Below are positions 1-7,794 of a stretch of 20,000 bases of DNA, one piece after another. Source of the stretch: an uncultured virus (IMG/VR IMGVR_UViG_3300025789_000002). Its lineage: Duplodnaviria > Heunggongvirae > Uroviricota > Caudoviricetes. The number at the start of each line of letters is the position of its first letter. Within the stretch, counting starts at the first letter, position 1. Location of the stretch: IMG/VR virus record IMGVR_UViG_3300025789_000002. One strand, written 5' to 3'. Under the pieces are notes generated by a model that saw only the letters and a program-made list of their open reading frames with translations, was not told the origin of the DNA and ran no database searches. The position numbers and the translations under genes are program-made.

Positions 1-1167
1 CTTAACTTAAAAGGTGCAATTATTAACCTCGTCAATAACACGTCGGGCACAGGTAAATCTACAGTACTTAAAATGTGCAATAGCGTATATGGTCATCCTG
101 AGGAACTAATGCTTCAGTGGAAAGATACTATGAACTCTATGGTTCATCGCTTGGGTATTATGAATAACTTGCCTGTAACTATTGACGAGATTACTAAGTT
201 ATCGGGAGACAATTTCTCGGACTTAGCGTACAGCATATCTCAAGGCCGTGGTAAGAACCGCATGATGCAGCATGATAATGCCGAGCGAATTAATGCTACT
301 AAGTGGGCGACTATTGCGCTATGTAGTTCCAATGCTTCATTCTATGACAAACTTGCTTCTATCAAAGCTACTCCGGATGGTGAGTTCATGCGCCTGCTAG
401 AGTATAGGATTGAAGTAACCGAGGCCTTAACGAAGGAAGAAGCCGATGCTATATTCAATGAGCTTTATTCTAACTATGGTCACGCAGGGGATATGTATAT
501 TAAGTACCTCGTAGCAAACTTAGAAACAGCGATTGATACAGTTATTCAAGTACAAAAGAAGTTAGATGAGGAAGTAAACTTCACAAGCCGTGAGCGTTTC
601 TGGTCGGCGACGGCTGCATGTAATATTGCAGGAGCTTTGCTTGCTAAGGATCTAGGTATTATCCCTGACTTTGATATTGGCAGAGTGTATCGCTGGTTAG
701 TTAAAGAATTACAAGCCATGCGTGGTGAAGTAAGAACGCCGACTGCAACCAACCAAGCTAGTGTTATTGGTGAGTTTATGAATGAGCACCGTGCATCTAC
801 CCTAGTTATTAATAGTAAGGCCGATGCTAGATCAGGAATGGAGCAGTTACCCATTGTTGAGCCAAAATTTAATGATCTCTTCGTTCGCATTGAGCCTGAT
901 GATAAGCGCCTTTATATCAATGCCAAGCAACTGCGTACTTACTGCGCTAAGCAACAGATTACTCTTAAGGACATCCTCAAGGGACTAACCGCTGACGGTA
1001 TCTATCTAGGGCAAGTGAAGAAGCGTTTGTCTAAAGGAACCAAGTTATCTTCTCCAGCTATTGACGCCTATGTATTTGACCTTAGTGCTGAGAACTTCTT
1101 GGATACTGAGACTTATATAACCGCTGCAAAGAACGCACCTGATGTTGATTCACGGGCTGGACTTTAA
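1..1167 (+). CDS. DUF927-type phage primase-associated helicase / P-loop NTPase, C-terminal part (5' partial)
   Basis: The frame is open from base 1 (LNLKGAIINLVNNTSGTGKSTVLKMCN...), so the gene starts upstream of the window. Walker A SGTGKST at 43..63, Walker B-like PVTIDE and SF3-like motif C (IALCSSN) are present. This pattern matches DUF927-containing phage replication proteins. Confidence 0.8.
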   Translation, partial: LNLKGAIINLVNNTSGTGKSTVLKMCNSVYGHPEELMLQWKDTMNSMVHRLGIMNNLPVTIDEITKLSGDNFSDLAYSISQGRGKNRMMQHDNAERINATKWATIALCSSNASFYDKLASIKATPDGEFMRLLEYRIEVTEALTKEEADAIFNELYSNYGHAGDMYIKYLVANLETAIDTVIQVQKKLDEEVNFTSRERFWSATAACNIAGALLAKDLGIIPDFDIGRVYRWLVKELQAMRGEVRTPTATNQASVIGEFMNEHRASTLVINSKADARSGMEQLPIVEPKFNDLFVRIEPDDKRLYINAKQLRTYCAKQQITLKDILKGLTADGIYLGQVKKRLSKGTKLSSPAIDAYVFDLSAENFLDTETYITAAKNAPDVDSRAGL

Positions 1168-1339
1168 GATAGAGTGGTCTAAGTTTATAGTTGGCGCTTC
1201 CTTTTTTATCCCTTGTTTGGATACCAAAGAGGCGCTGACTCAGATTAAACGTACCACTAGCAGACTAAGATTCCGCATAAAATCCCGGGCCGTTATCGAA
1301 GAAGGGGTTTATGGCTTGCGTGTTTGGAGAATTAAGTAG
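1142..1339 (+). CDS. Hypothetical phage protein (65 aa)
   Basis: ATG ORF overlapping the helicase 3' end, with a globular alpha/beta-like composition (GASFFIPC...YGLRVWRIK). It is the last gene before the convergent terminator. Confidence 0.75.
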   Translation: MLIHGLDFKIEWSKFIVGASFFIPCLDTKEALTQIKRTTSRLRFRIKSRAVIEEGVYGLRVWRIK

Positions 1340-1345
1340 TATTAT
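1316..1345 (+). promoter_or_regulatory. Putative sigma70-type promoter
   Basis: TTGCGT (1316..1321) - 18 nt - TATTAT (1340..1345). It points into the intergenic hairpin region and no + strand ORF follows. Confidence 0.35.
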
Positions 1346-1346
1346 C

Positions 1347-1421
1347 GGGGGGTAGTCCGTTTGGTTTCGGCTACTCCTTTCGAGTGATATTTGGTCCCGC
1401 CGTAAAAAGCGGGACTTTTTT
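1347..1421 (+). ncRNA. Candidate small non-coding RNA (two hairpins, ending in an intrinsic terminator)
   Basis: Hairpin 1 is GGGGGGTAGTCCG/TTTGGTTT/CGGCTACTCCTTT (1347..1380). A linker follows, then the terminator hairpin and U-tract. A promoter-like element lies directly upstream. Confidence 0.3.
1393..1421 (+). terminator. Rho-independent terminator at the convergence of the two transcription units
   Basis: Perfect 7-bp stem GTCCCGC (1394..1400) / loop CGTAAAAA / GCGGGAC (1409..1415), followed by TTTTTT. It lies just beyond the stop of the - strand giant gene, so it may also act weakly on that strand. Confidence 0.85.
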
Positions 1422-4400
1422 ATTCTTCAGAATACCCAAGCATCGGTGCTAGCTTGCCAATAGCCTTCTTATTAATGTTTACGCCACCTGTCATATTGGC
1501 TAAAGCACGCTGCATGTAACGACGTTTAATTGAAGCCTGTAATCCTTTTGCGTCAATCATATACTCAGGATTTGCTGTATCAAACTTAATAATCTTTTGC
1601 ATTACACGCTGTTGCATATCAGAATCACCGCTATCAAATGCCATAAAGAAAGCGTTTTCTAAGTCAGTCTTGCGTTGAGTAATTTCCATATCTTGGCTCT
1701 TCATTTCCATTGCAGCTTTTTGTTTTTGAGCTGTATCTTCTGGAGAGAAACCAAGCATTTGTTTTAAAGCGTCTCGTGCTGGAACGTTATCGTCTAGTGT
1801 GTCGCCCTTCATAGTTAGAGCTTTACCCTCTACTAAATACCTAGTACCGACAAAGATATTCTTAATACCGGCGGGTAACATAGCTTCAGCAGCACGTTCA
1901 TAGTGCCCGTCATTTAGACGTTTAAGCGCCTCGGCGTATCCTAGTGCAGCACCAGCTACAGGACCCATTAAGTTAGTCATAACATTTTGTAAATATTGCA
2001 CTTCATCTTGGCTTTTCTTAACGCTTGGGAACCACATATCGCTCATGTTAATACTCATACGGTCTGCAAAGTTTGCTCCAGTAGCCTGGGATAATACGCC
2101 ACGAGATATAGAGTCGCCGACAAACCCACCAAAATGCCTATTACACCAATTCTTAAACCAATTATCTGCATCAAATGGCTCGTCAGAATCACCAAAAGCA
2201 GCGTGGAAAGCTGATGCAATAGCAGAGAATAGGAAGTAGAAAGGCATACCAGATAGGCCAGCAGTAATCATAGTCATACCCATCATGCCCCAGAAAGATT
2301 CAATTGCTTCTTTCTTAATATCTTTTAGCTCAGCCTCTTTAGCTTTCATTAATTCAGCTTTGCGTGGGTCTTTTTCTACTTGCTTCGCATAGGCTTCTAA
2401 CTCAGTTTTCATGCCCCCGCCTAAGGAGTTATAGAATGTACGTGCCATTAGCACAGTCATTTGCTGTGGGTACATCTTAAACTGAGACACAATACTTACT
2501 AAGTTACCACGGAAGTAGCGGGGCTTATTAGCTGTGTTGTAGTTAAACATAGTCTTTTGAACTAGGTCACGTGCATCCTGAGTAGCTTTCTCAAATGCTT
2601 TTGCAGGGCTAAGAGTCTGTATGTGCTTAGCATAGGCTAGCTCAAACGTAGCCATGTATGTAGTTTCACGGTTGTATTTCTCAGCTGCATGGAATGGTAA
2701 GCTGGCATAGTACATGAACTTTTGGAAGCGCCCAGTATAGTCTGCTGATGGAGTATCACCAACGTGTGCGCTCTCATGACTAAGGGTTGTATCAATAGCA
2801 CCAAGCAACACACCTTTTTCATATGCATCGGCATAAGTCATTGCTACTTTGTTGGTCTGTCCGGTAGTCTCATCTACTTTATCTATTAGAATCTTTTTGC
2901 CGTTCTTGTCTAGCAATGGCATCTCGCTCATCTTAGAACGTGCTAGGGATAGGAATTCGTATTTACCAGTCTTATCATTAACAAAACCAGTTCCCCCTAA
3001 AAGCTTATTGTATTTTGCAAGCGCAGCCAAAACAGGCTTAGTGCCATACTTAGCTCGGGCAAATGGAATATAGATTCCAGGGATTGCCATCATGTTCACA
3101 ACAGCGGAAGCGGGCGAAGTTAAGAAATGTAAAAAGCCAAATTGTGTAATACCACGCACTATAGCGCTTTGCTTTGGCGGCTCAAGTACTGCAGTCTTTA
3201 AGTTTAGCTCTAATTCACGCACTAACGCACGATTTAATGCTGCTTCTTTACCATAAGGCATATCTCGTAAACGAATGCGTGCGGCTTCAACTGCGTTAAA
3301 TAACTGTGGCATATGTTCAAAGCGGGCCCGTTGATACGCAATACGGTATCTAGATTCTGCAAAAGCACGAAGCATATCCTCGCTCGCACCTTGAATGTTG
3401 TCACGATGTAGGAACATTTTGCGAATACTTTGGTTAGGTGCAATCTCTAGCACGTATTGATCCATGCTATCTTTCATAGCTTCACGAAGCGAATTAAGTT
3501 CGTTACCCACTGCAGTAGGGTCGGCAGCCACATCTTCTGTAGCCATATCAATACGTTCTTTTAGCCTATTAAGCTGAGCAATGTCAGATAAGCTAGATTT
3601 AGCAAGTTCTGTAAAACCCTCGCCAGTACGAAGTAAAGTATTAATATCCTCGTCTTTATATCCTTGTTTACGTTTATCTGCTTTTACTTGTTCTATACCA
3701 GCATTTCGTGCTGCAGCAGACTCGAACTGCATAAAGATTTTATCTTTACCTTTTCCAAACTGGAGCCAGTATTCTCCAAAACGTTTTAATGGGAAATAAG
3801 GACTAATAATTCCTTCTTGGATAGCTTTACGCTGCTCTAATGCAAGCCGCTTAATTTCTTTAGGGTCGGTGTTTTTAGCCTGCTCCCTTTCTACTAAACG
3901 TTTTTCTTGTATCTCTAAATACTCATCCATACGACGCTCGTAAAATGCACGGACATCTCTATAGATTTTCATTGCGATAGCGCCATCTTTACCTGATACT
4001 AACTTATTCCATGCTTCTTGCGTTTTAGGGAAGTTAGGCAAATCTTTAGCGTTATACCCACGGCTTGTTGGGTCTGGATCTATTTTGTTAATAGTAGCTT
4101 GTAGCATCATATGTGCTAATTGCTGAGATTTTTCTGGATTAGATTTAAGTAGCTCAGCCCATGCTCTAATAGGTTTGTCACCTTCTGCCATAATGCGATT
4201 ACGAGTAGCAATCATGGCGTCTATTTCATGCACATAAAGCTTAAACTGTGGTAATTCCTCGCCTGCTAAGTCTGTAAGTTGGTCAAGGGTCAATGCGCCG
4301 AGTAAATACTGACGGTAATGGTCGTTCACATTAGTAAAGAAGCTCTTTACGTTCGCTTTATTAACGTCTTTCCAATTTAGGCGGCCTTTAATTAAACGGC

Positions 4401-7400
4401 TCCAGTATCCAGAATTTTCTCCAGGGTTTAAGACAAAGTTTTCCTCGTGTACTCCACCTTTAGTTATTTTTGGCAGTTCATCTGATGTCTCGTTGGAGAA
4501 TATAGTAGAGTTTGTTGGGGTCGATGTGCTGCCTTTATTAGCAGAGAATATAACGTCGGCGTTAGCCATAGTATGGAATAGCACATTATCTGTGCCGAAA
4601 ATCTGTCCAACTAACTGAATGAATTTAGACCACATAGATTGGTCAGAACGCATAGTTGTTTTTAATTTGCGTAATTCTTTTTGGAATTCTGGATTACTAA
4701 ATGCTTCTGCTATAAACTCATGGATATTAGTAAATCCATACTGACCTTTATTAATTTTTGCCTTGGCATTCTGGTATAATATTTGGAGGTTACCGACTGC
4801 TCTGCGTTGTTTTTCATCTAATAATTCTGGATGGTCAATAGCCCAATGCGTAGCCGCATGAGAAATTTCATGTATAACAGTATGATTAGTATTCCCGCCT
4901 AAATTAGGGTTTATATTAATAGCATCTTGTATATCAAAATAAGAACCTGCTGCTCTTGTAAGAGTTTTATTAACATCGCTATACCTTTTAGCTAGGTCTG
5001 CTAAATCCTGAGCTATAGGGTTTAGGTCTACTTTTACTAGTTTGCCTTTTTCTGCAACTGCGCCACCAGCACGTATAAAATTAAAATAATACGCCAACAT
5101 TCTTATAGCTTCTGGATTATAGGTATCGAATTTAATCTGTACTGGCTCAAAATATTTTTTGTATGCGTCTGGGTAGTTCGCCTCAATATAGAGTAAAAAT
5201 CTTTCCCTCTGGCCTTTAACAGTATCTAAATAAGCTTTAACCAATTCATTTTGCTTATTAGAATATATATTAGTAGTTAACCCTAGTTCAGATAGACGTT
5301 TAGCGAACGCTGCTAGAAATTTGTTACCCTTAGTTTTGTAGAAGTTAAGCACACCCTTAAGGTTGTTATCTTTGATTGCTTGTTCTACTTCTGGATGCAA
5401 AGGTTTACGCAACGGGTCATCAGCAGATAGCTCGTTTTCTTTAGGGCTAGAGGTTACTTGGGCTTTTTGTTTTTGTTGTCTAAGTACGTGGTTATACACG
5501 CTTTCGGCAGTTATTTCGCCTTGGCGCCTATCATTGTTTGCCAGCTCTGGGTATTGTTTATTAAAAGCGTTAATAAAAGCAGCTCTTGCTTTACCAGACT
5601 TTACATTGCGGCTTTGGTTTTCTTGCCAAATTGGGTTTTGTGCTACATATAATTGTTCGCTTCTATCATATGCACGCTCGTCAGACTTTTCTAAGCGTTC
5701 AGTTTCATGCCCTACCGCAGTATTTAAAAGGGTTTGTAAGTGTTCTGGCATTGCGGCAGCAATATCACTTAACCGACTATCTTGTGCAGGTGCATTTAAT
5801 ATCGTAGGTAACTCTGATTTTATTTCTGGTGGGTTTAGGTTATTTAATTCTCTATCAGATGCTATTGATTTAACTGTTTTTACTGGGTTTCCATTTTCGT
5901 CAAAACCTTCAGGGTGTCCTTCTACATCAATTTCAATCTCGTACATATTCGTAAATTCAGAACCAGGACCTTCATCAAGCACTTTAGTTACTCGGGCTTT
6001 TTGTCCGGGGTATTGGTTTTGATTTACAATTGCGCCTGGCTTAAAGTAAGTCCACGGGCCAGTAGATGTTTGATATGTCTCTCTATCATTTTGTTCTTGA
6101 TTAGCTGGAGTAGTTTGCGCCGAGGTTATTTGCTGCTCTAGGTTCTTTTTAAAATCTAAAGTGTCTACATGTTGCTGTAGCATTGCAACTTCTTCAGGGG
6201 TTTGTGCTTCTCTTGTAGTTTGTTGTGCTTCTACAGGAGCAATAGCAGTCTTAATAGCCTCAATGGTATTAGCCATCTTAGCGCCTTTTTTAACTTCAAG
6301 GCCAAGGTCTCTTGCAATACTATTAACTGTTCTAGCTGTTGGTATTAGTGTTTTGTCATCTATAGAAGCTAAGTAGTTTGTTGCCCGTGCTTTTACTTCA
6401 GGGTCTAATGCACCACGCTCTGTTTCTTCTCCTGCTGTAGTAACGCCAGCAGCTCGTTGATCTCCACCCAAGCTTCCAGTGGTAGATGTTGCAGTTCCAG
6501 TGGCGGGCTCGTTACTTCCTTCTTGCTCAGATACTTGAAGGCCAGGTTCAGCTGTTCCGGTGTCAGTTCCAATATCTGCATATTCTTCCCCTTTATTTTC
6601 TTCCGCCGCTGCAGGTTCTTCTGCCATAACTTTGAAGTGGTTATCGACAATTGTATCTAATTGGTCTTTAGTTGGCTTCTCGCCTTTAGCTTCTAAGTCC
6701 TGTTTATATATGTCTCTAACTTCGGCACGTTGCTGCTTCTCGTCTAAGTGACCTTTAAGGGATTGAACACCTTTATTAACACTAGCTCCAGCGCCCATCA
6801 TAATACCGCCTTGGACTACTGTAGCAGCTAATGTATCTGCAGCACCTTCAAAAAACTCTTGTAACCCAGCTTCTGGGTTCATGCCATAGCCTTTATCTAC
6901 TGCAAACTGTCCAGCATAGGTAAGCTCTTCTCCAGGTACTTCTCTTGCCAGCGCTTTAGCAAAGTATCCCGCAAGCTCTTTAGTAGGTACGCCTTTAGCA
7001 GAAGCTTTCAGTGCTTTAATCTCTGCACCTAAACCAAACTTTTCACCGACAACTTCTAATGTTCCGTATAAGCCTGAGCGAATCGTACTGTCTTTTAAAT
7101 CTAAACCTTCTCGGCGGCTCTCATCATAAGTCTGACCAAACGATTGGACAAACATTCCTGTTAACGCAGTACCACCAGCAATAGCTTCAGCAGCGCCAGC
7201 CGTAGCAAGAGCAGCACCACCAATTACAGGAGCAGCGGCAGCGGCACCGATACCACCAATAATAAGAGGTACTTGTTGAATAATAGAACTTACAGCGCCT
7301 TCTACAATTTTAGCTGCGTGACTTTCTGGACTACCTAAAGTTTTTGTAACCGCATCAAGATGGTCAAGATTCTTTTGGTTATCAGTATTATCTAAGCCAA

Positions 7401-7791
7401 GAATATCGTTACCAAAGCGCTTCAAACCACCAAAACTTTGTTCGACACCGACAGCAGCTTGTTTTCCTGCACGTTTTAAGAGGCGGCTAGCATAATCAAT
7501 ATTCCCCATTTCAGAGGAAATACCATATTCTTCTTTGAGCTTTGCTTCTTCTTCTGGGTCTAATTTTGTTTCTTGTTTGGCAGCATCGTATCTACCTAGC
7601 TCATCAGGTTTTGGTGCTTTAGTATCTACAGGTACTCCCCCAAACTGCGCAGCTAAATCGTTAACAGCTGGTTTTTCTTCGACAGGTTTCCCTCCGAACT
7701 TAGCGGCTAATTCATTTACTTCAGTTTTCTTAGGCTCTTCGGCTTCTACTGGCTTACCACCGAACTTAGCAGCTAATTCATTAAGATCCAT
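1420..7791 (-). CDS. Giant virion ejection / large polyvalent protein (2123 aa) with a zincin-like metallopeptidase motif and a PLxRFG motif
   Basis: 2123-aa ORF at the end of the structural operon. It has N-terminal repeats, a hydrophobic Gly/Ala-rich segment, HEISH (4858..4872) with downstream HEFIAE (4705..4722), and YFPLKRFGEY (PLKRFG at 3775..3792). The C-terminus is helical and hydrophobic, as in podovirus internal virion proteins. Confidence 0.8.
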   Translation of the reverse strand: MDLNELAAKFGGKPVEAEEPKKTEVNELAAKFGGKPVEEKPAVNDLAAQFGGVPVDTKAPKPDELGRYDAAKQETKLDPEEEAKLKEEYGISSEMGNIDYASRLLKRAGKQAAVGVEQSFGGLKRFGNDILGLDNTDNQKNLDHLDAVTKTLGSPESHAAKIVEGAVSSIIQQVPLIIGGIGAAAAAPVIGGAALATAGAAEAIAGGTALTGMFVQSFGQTYDESRREGLDLKDSTIRSGLYGTLEVVGEKFGLGAEIKALKASAKGVPTKELAGYFAKALAREVPGEELTYAGQFAVDKGYGMNPEAGLQEFFEGAADTLAATVVQGGIMMGAGASVNKGVQSLKGHLDEKQQRAEVRDIYKQDLEAKGEKPTKDQLDTIVDNHFKVMAEEPAAAEENKGEEYADIGTDTGTAEPGLQVSEQEGSNEPATGTATSTTGSLGGDQRAAGVTTAGEETERGALDPEVKARATNYLASIDDKTLIPTARTVNSIARDLGLEVKKGAKMANTIEAIKTAIAPVEAQQTTREAQTPEEVAMLQQHVDTLDFKKNLEQQITSAQTTPANQEQNDRETYQTSTGPWTYFKPGAIVNQNQYPGQKARVTKVLDEGPGSEFTNMYEIEIDVEGHPEGFDENGNPVKTVKSIASDRELNNLNPPEIKSELPTILNAPAQDSRLSDIAAAMPEHLQTLLNTAVGHETERLEKSDERAYDRSEQLYVAQNPIWQENQSRNVKSGKARAAFINAFNKQYPELANNDRRQGEITAESVYNHVLRQQKQKAQVTSSPKENELSADDPLRKPLHPEVEQAIKDNNLKGVLNFYKTKGNKFLAAFAKRLSELGLTTNIYSNKQNELVKAYLDTVKGQRERFLLYIEANYPDAYKKYFEPVQIKFDTYNPEAIRMLAYYFNFIRAGGAVAEKGKLVKVDLNPIAQDLADLAKRYSDVNKTLTRAAGSYFDIQDAININPNLGGNTNHTVIHEISHAATHWAIDHPELLDEKQRRAVGNLQILYQNAKAKINKGQYGFTNIHEFIAEAFSNPEFQKELRKLKTTMRSDQSMWSKFIQLVGQIFGTDNVLFHTMANADVIFSANKGSTSTPTNSTIFSNETSDELPKITKGGVHEENFVLNPGENSGYWSRLIKGRLNWKDVNKANVKSFFTNVNDHYRQYLLGALTLDQLTDLAGEELPQFKLYVHEIDAMIATRNRIMAEGDKPIRAWAELLKSNPEKSQQLAHMMLQATINKIDPDPTSRGYNAKDLPNFPKTQEAWNKLVSGKDGAIAMKIYRDVRAFYERRMDEYLEIQEKRLVEREQAKNTDPKEIKRLALEQRKAIQEGIISPYFPLKRFGEYWLQFGKGKDKIFMQFESAAARNAGIEQVKADKRKQGYKDEDINTLLRTGEGFTELAKSSLSDIAQLNRLKERIDMATEDVAADPTAVGNELNSLREAMKDSMDQYVLEIAPNQSIRKMFLHRDNIQGASEDMLRAFAESRYRIAYQRARFEHMPQLFNAVEAARIRLRDMPYGKEAALNRALVRELELNLKTAVLEPPKQSAIVRGITQFGFLHFLTSPASAVVNMMAIPGIYIPFARAKYGTKPVLAALAKYNKLLGGTGFVNDKTGKYEFLSLARSKMSEMPLLDKNGKKILIDKVDETTGQTNKVAMTYADAYEKGVLLGAIDTTLSHESAHVGDTPSADYTGRFQKFMYYASLPFHAAEKYNRETTYMATFELAYAKHIQTLSPAKAFEKATQDARDLVQKTMFNYNTANKPRYFRGNLVSIVSQFKMYPQQMTVLMARTFYNSLGGGMKTELEAYAKQVEKDPRKAELMKAKEAELKDIKKEAIESFWGMMGMTMITAGLSGMPFYFLFSAIASAFHAAFGDSDEPFDADNWFKNWCNRHFGGFVGDSISRGVLSQATGANFADRMSINMSDMWFPSVKKSQDEVQYLQNVMTNLMGPVAGAALGYAEALKRLNDGHYERAAEAMLPAGIKNIFVGTRYLVEGKALTMKGDTLDDNVPARDALKQMLGFSPEDTAQKQKAAMEMKSQDMEITQRKTDLENAFFMAFDSGDSDMQQRVMQKIIKFDTANPEYMIDAKGLQASIKRRYMQRALANMTGGVNINKKAIGKLAPMLGYSEE
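6405..6581 (-). CDS. Putative overprinted small protein (58 aa) in an alternate frame of the giant gene
   Basis: AAAGGGGAAGAAT-ATG at 6581 gives a Shine-Dalgarno with 6-nt spacing. Translation: MQILELTPEQLNLAFKYLSKKEVTSPPLELQHLPLEAWVEINELLALLQQEKKQSVVH, stop TAG at 6405..6407. It has an amphipathic helical pattern, while the host frame here is a low-complexity linker. Confidence 0.55.
   Translation of the reverse strand: MQILELTPEQLNLAFKYLSKKEVTSPPLELQHLPLEAWVEINELLALLQQEKKQSVVH
7624..7782 (-). repeat. Three N-terminal peptide repeats N(E/D)LAA(K/Q)FGG(K/V)PV(E/D)
   Basis: Seen in the translation. DNA copies CCGAACTTAGC(A/G)GCTAATTCATT lie at 7694..7716 and 7760..7782, with a diverged copy near 7638..7662. 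Confidence 0.9.
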
Positions 7792-7794
7792 TAA

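Noticed and set aside
73..75. ATG at 73 as the start of the helicase gene
   Set aside because: The frame is open to base 1 and the Walker A motif lies upstream at 43..63, so the gene is 5' truncated by the window.
546..890. 114-aa antisense ORF within the helicase gene
   Set aside because: It lies opposite a well-supported gene and has no recognisable motif, so it is most likely a shadow ORF.
1347..1421. tRNA in the intergenic region
   Set aside because: There is no cloverleaf, T-loop GTTC consensus or acceptor stem; only two hairpins.
5363..6022. 219-aa + strand ORF and the other antisense ORFs within the late operon
   Set aside because: The Ser/Phe/Cys/Leu-rich composition is typical of the reverse complement of a coding frame. 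No supporting SD or motifs were seen.
6024..6089. 21-aa alternate-frame mini-ORF MIERHIKHLLARGLTLSQAQL in the giant gene
   Set aside because: It is too short and has only a weak purine-rich upstream sequence, so it cannot be distinguished from chance.
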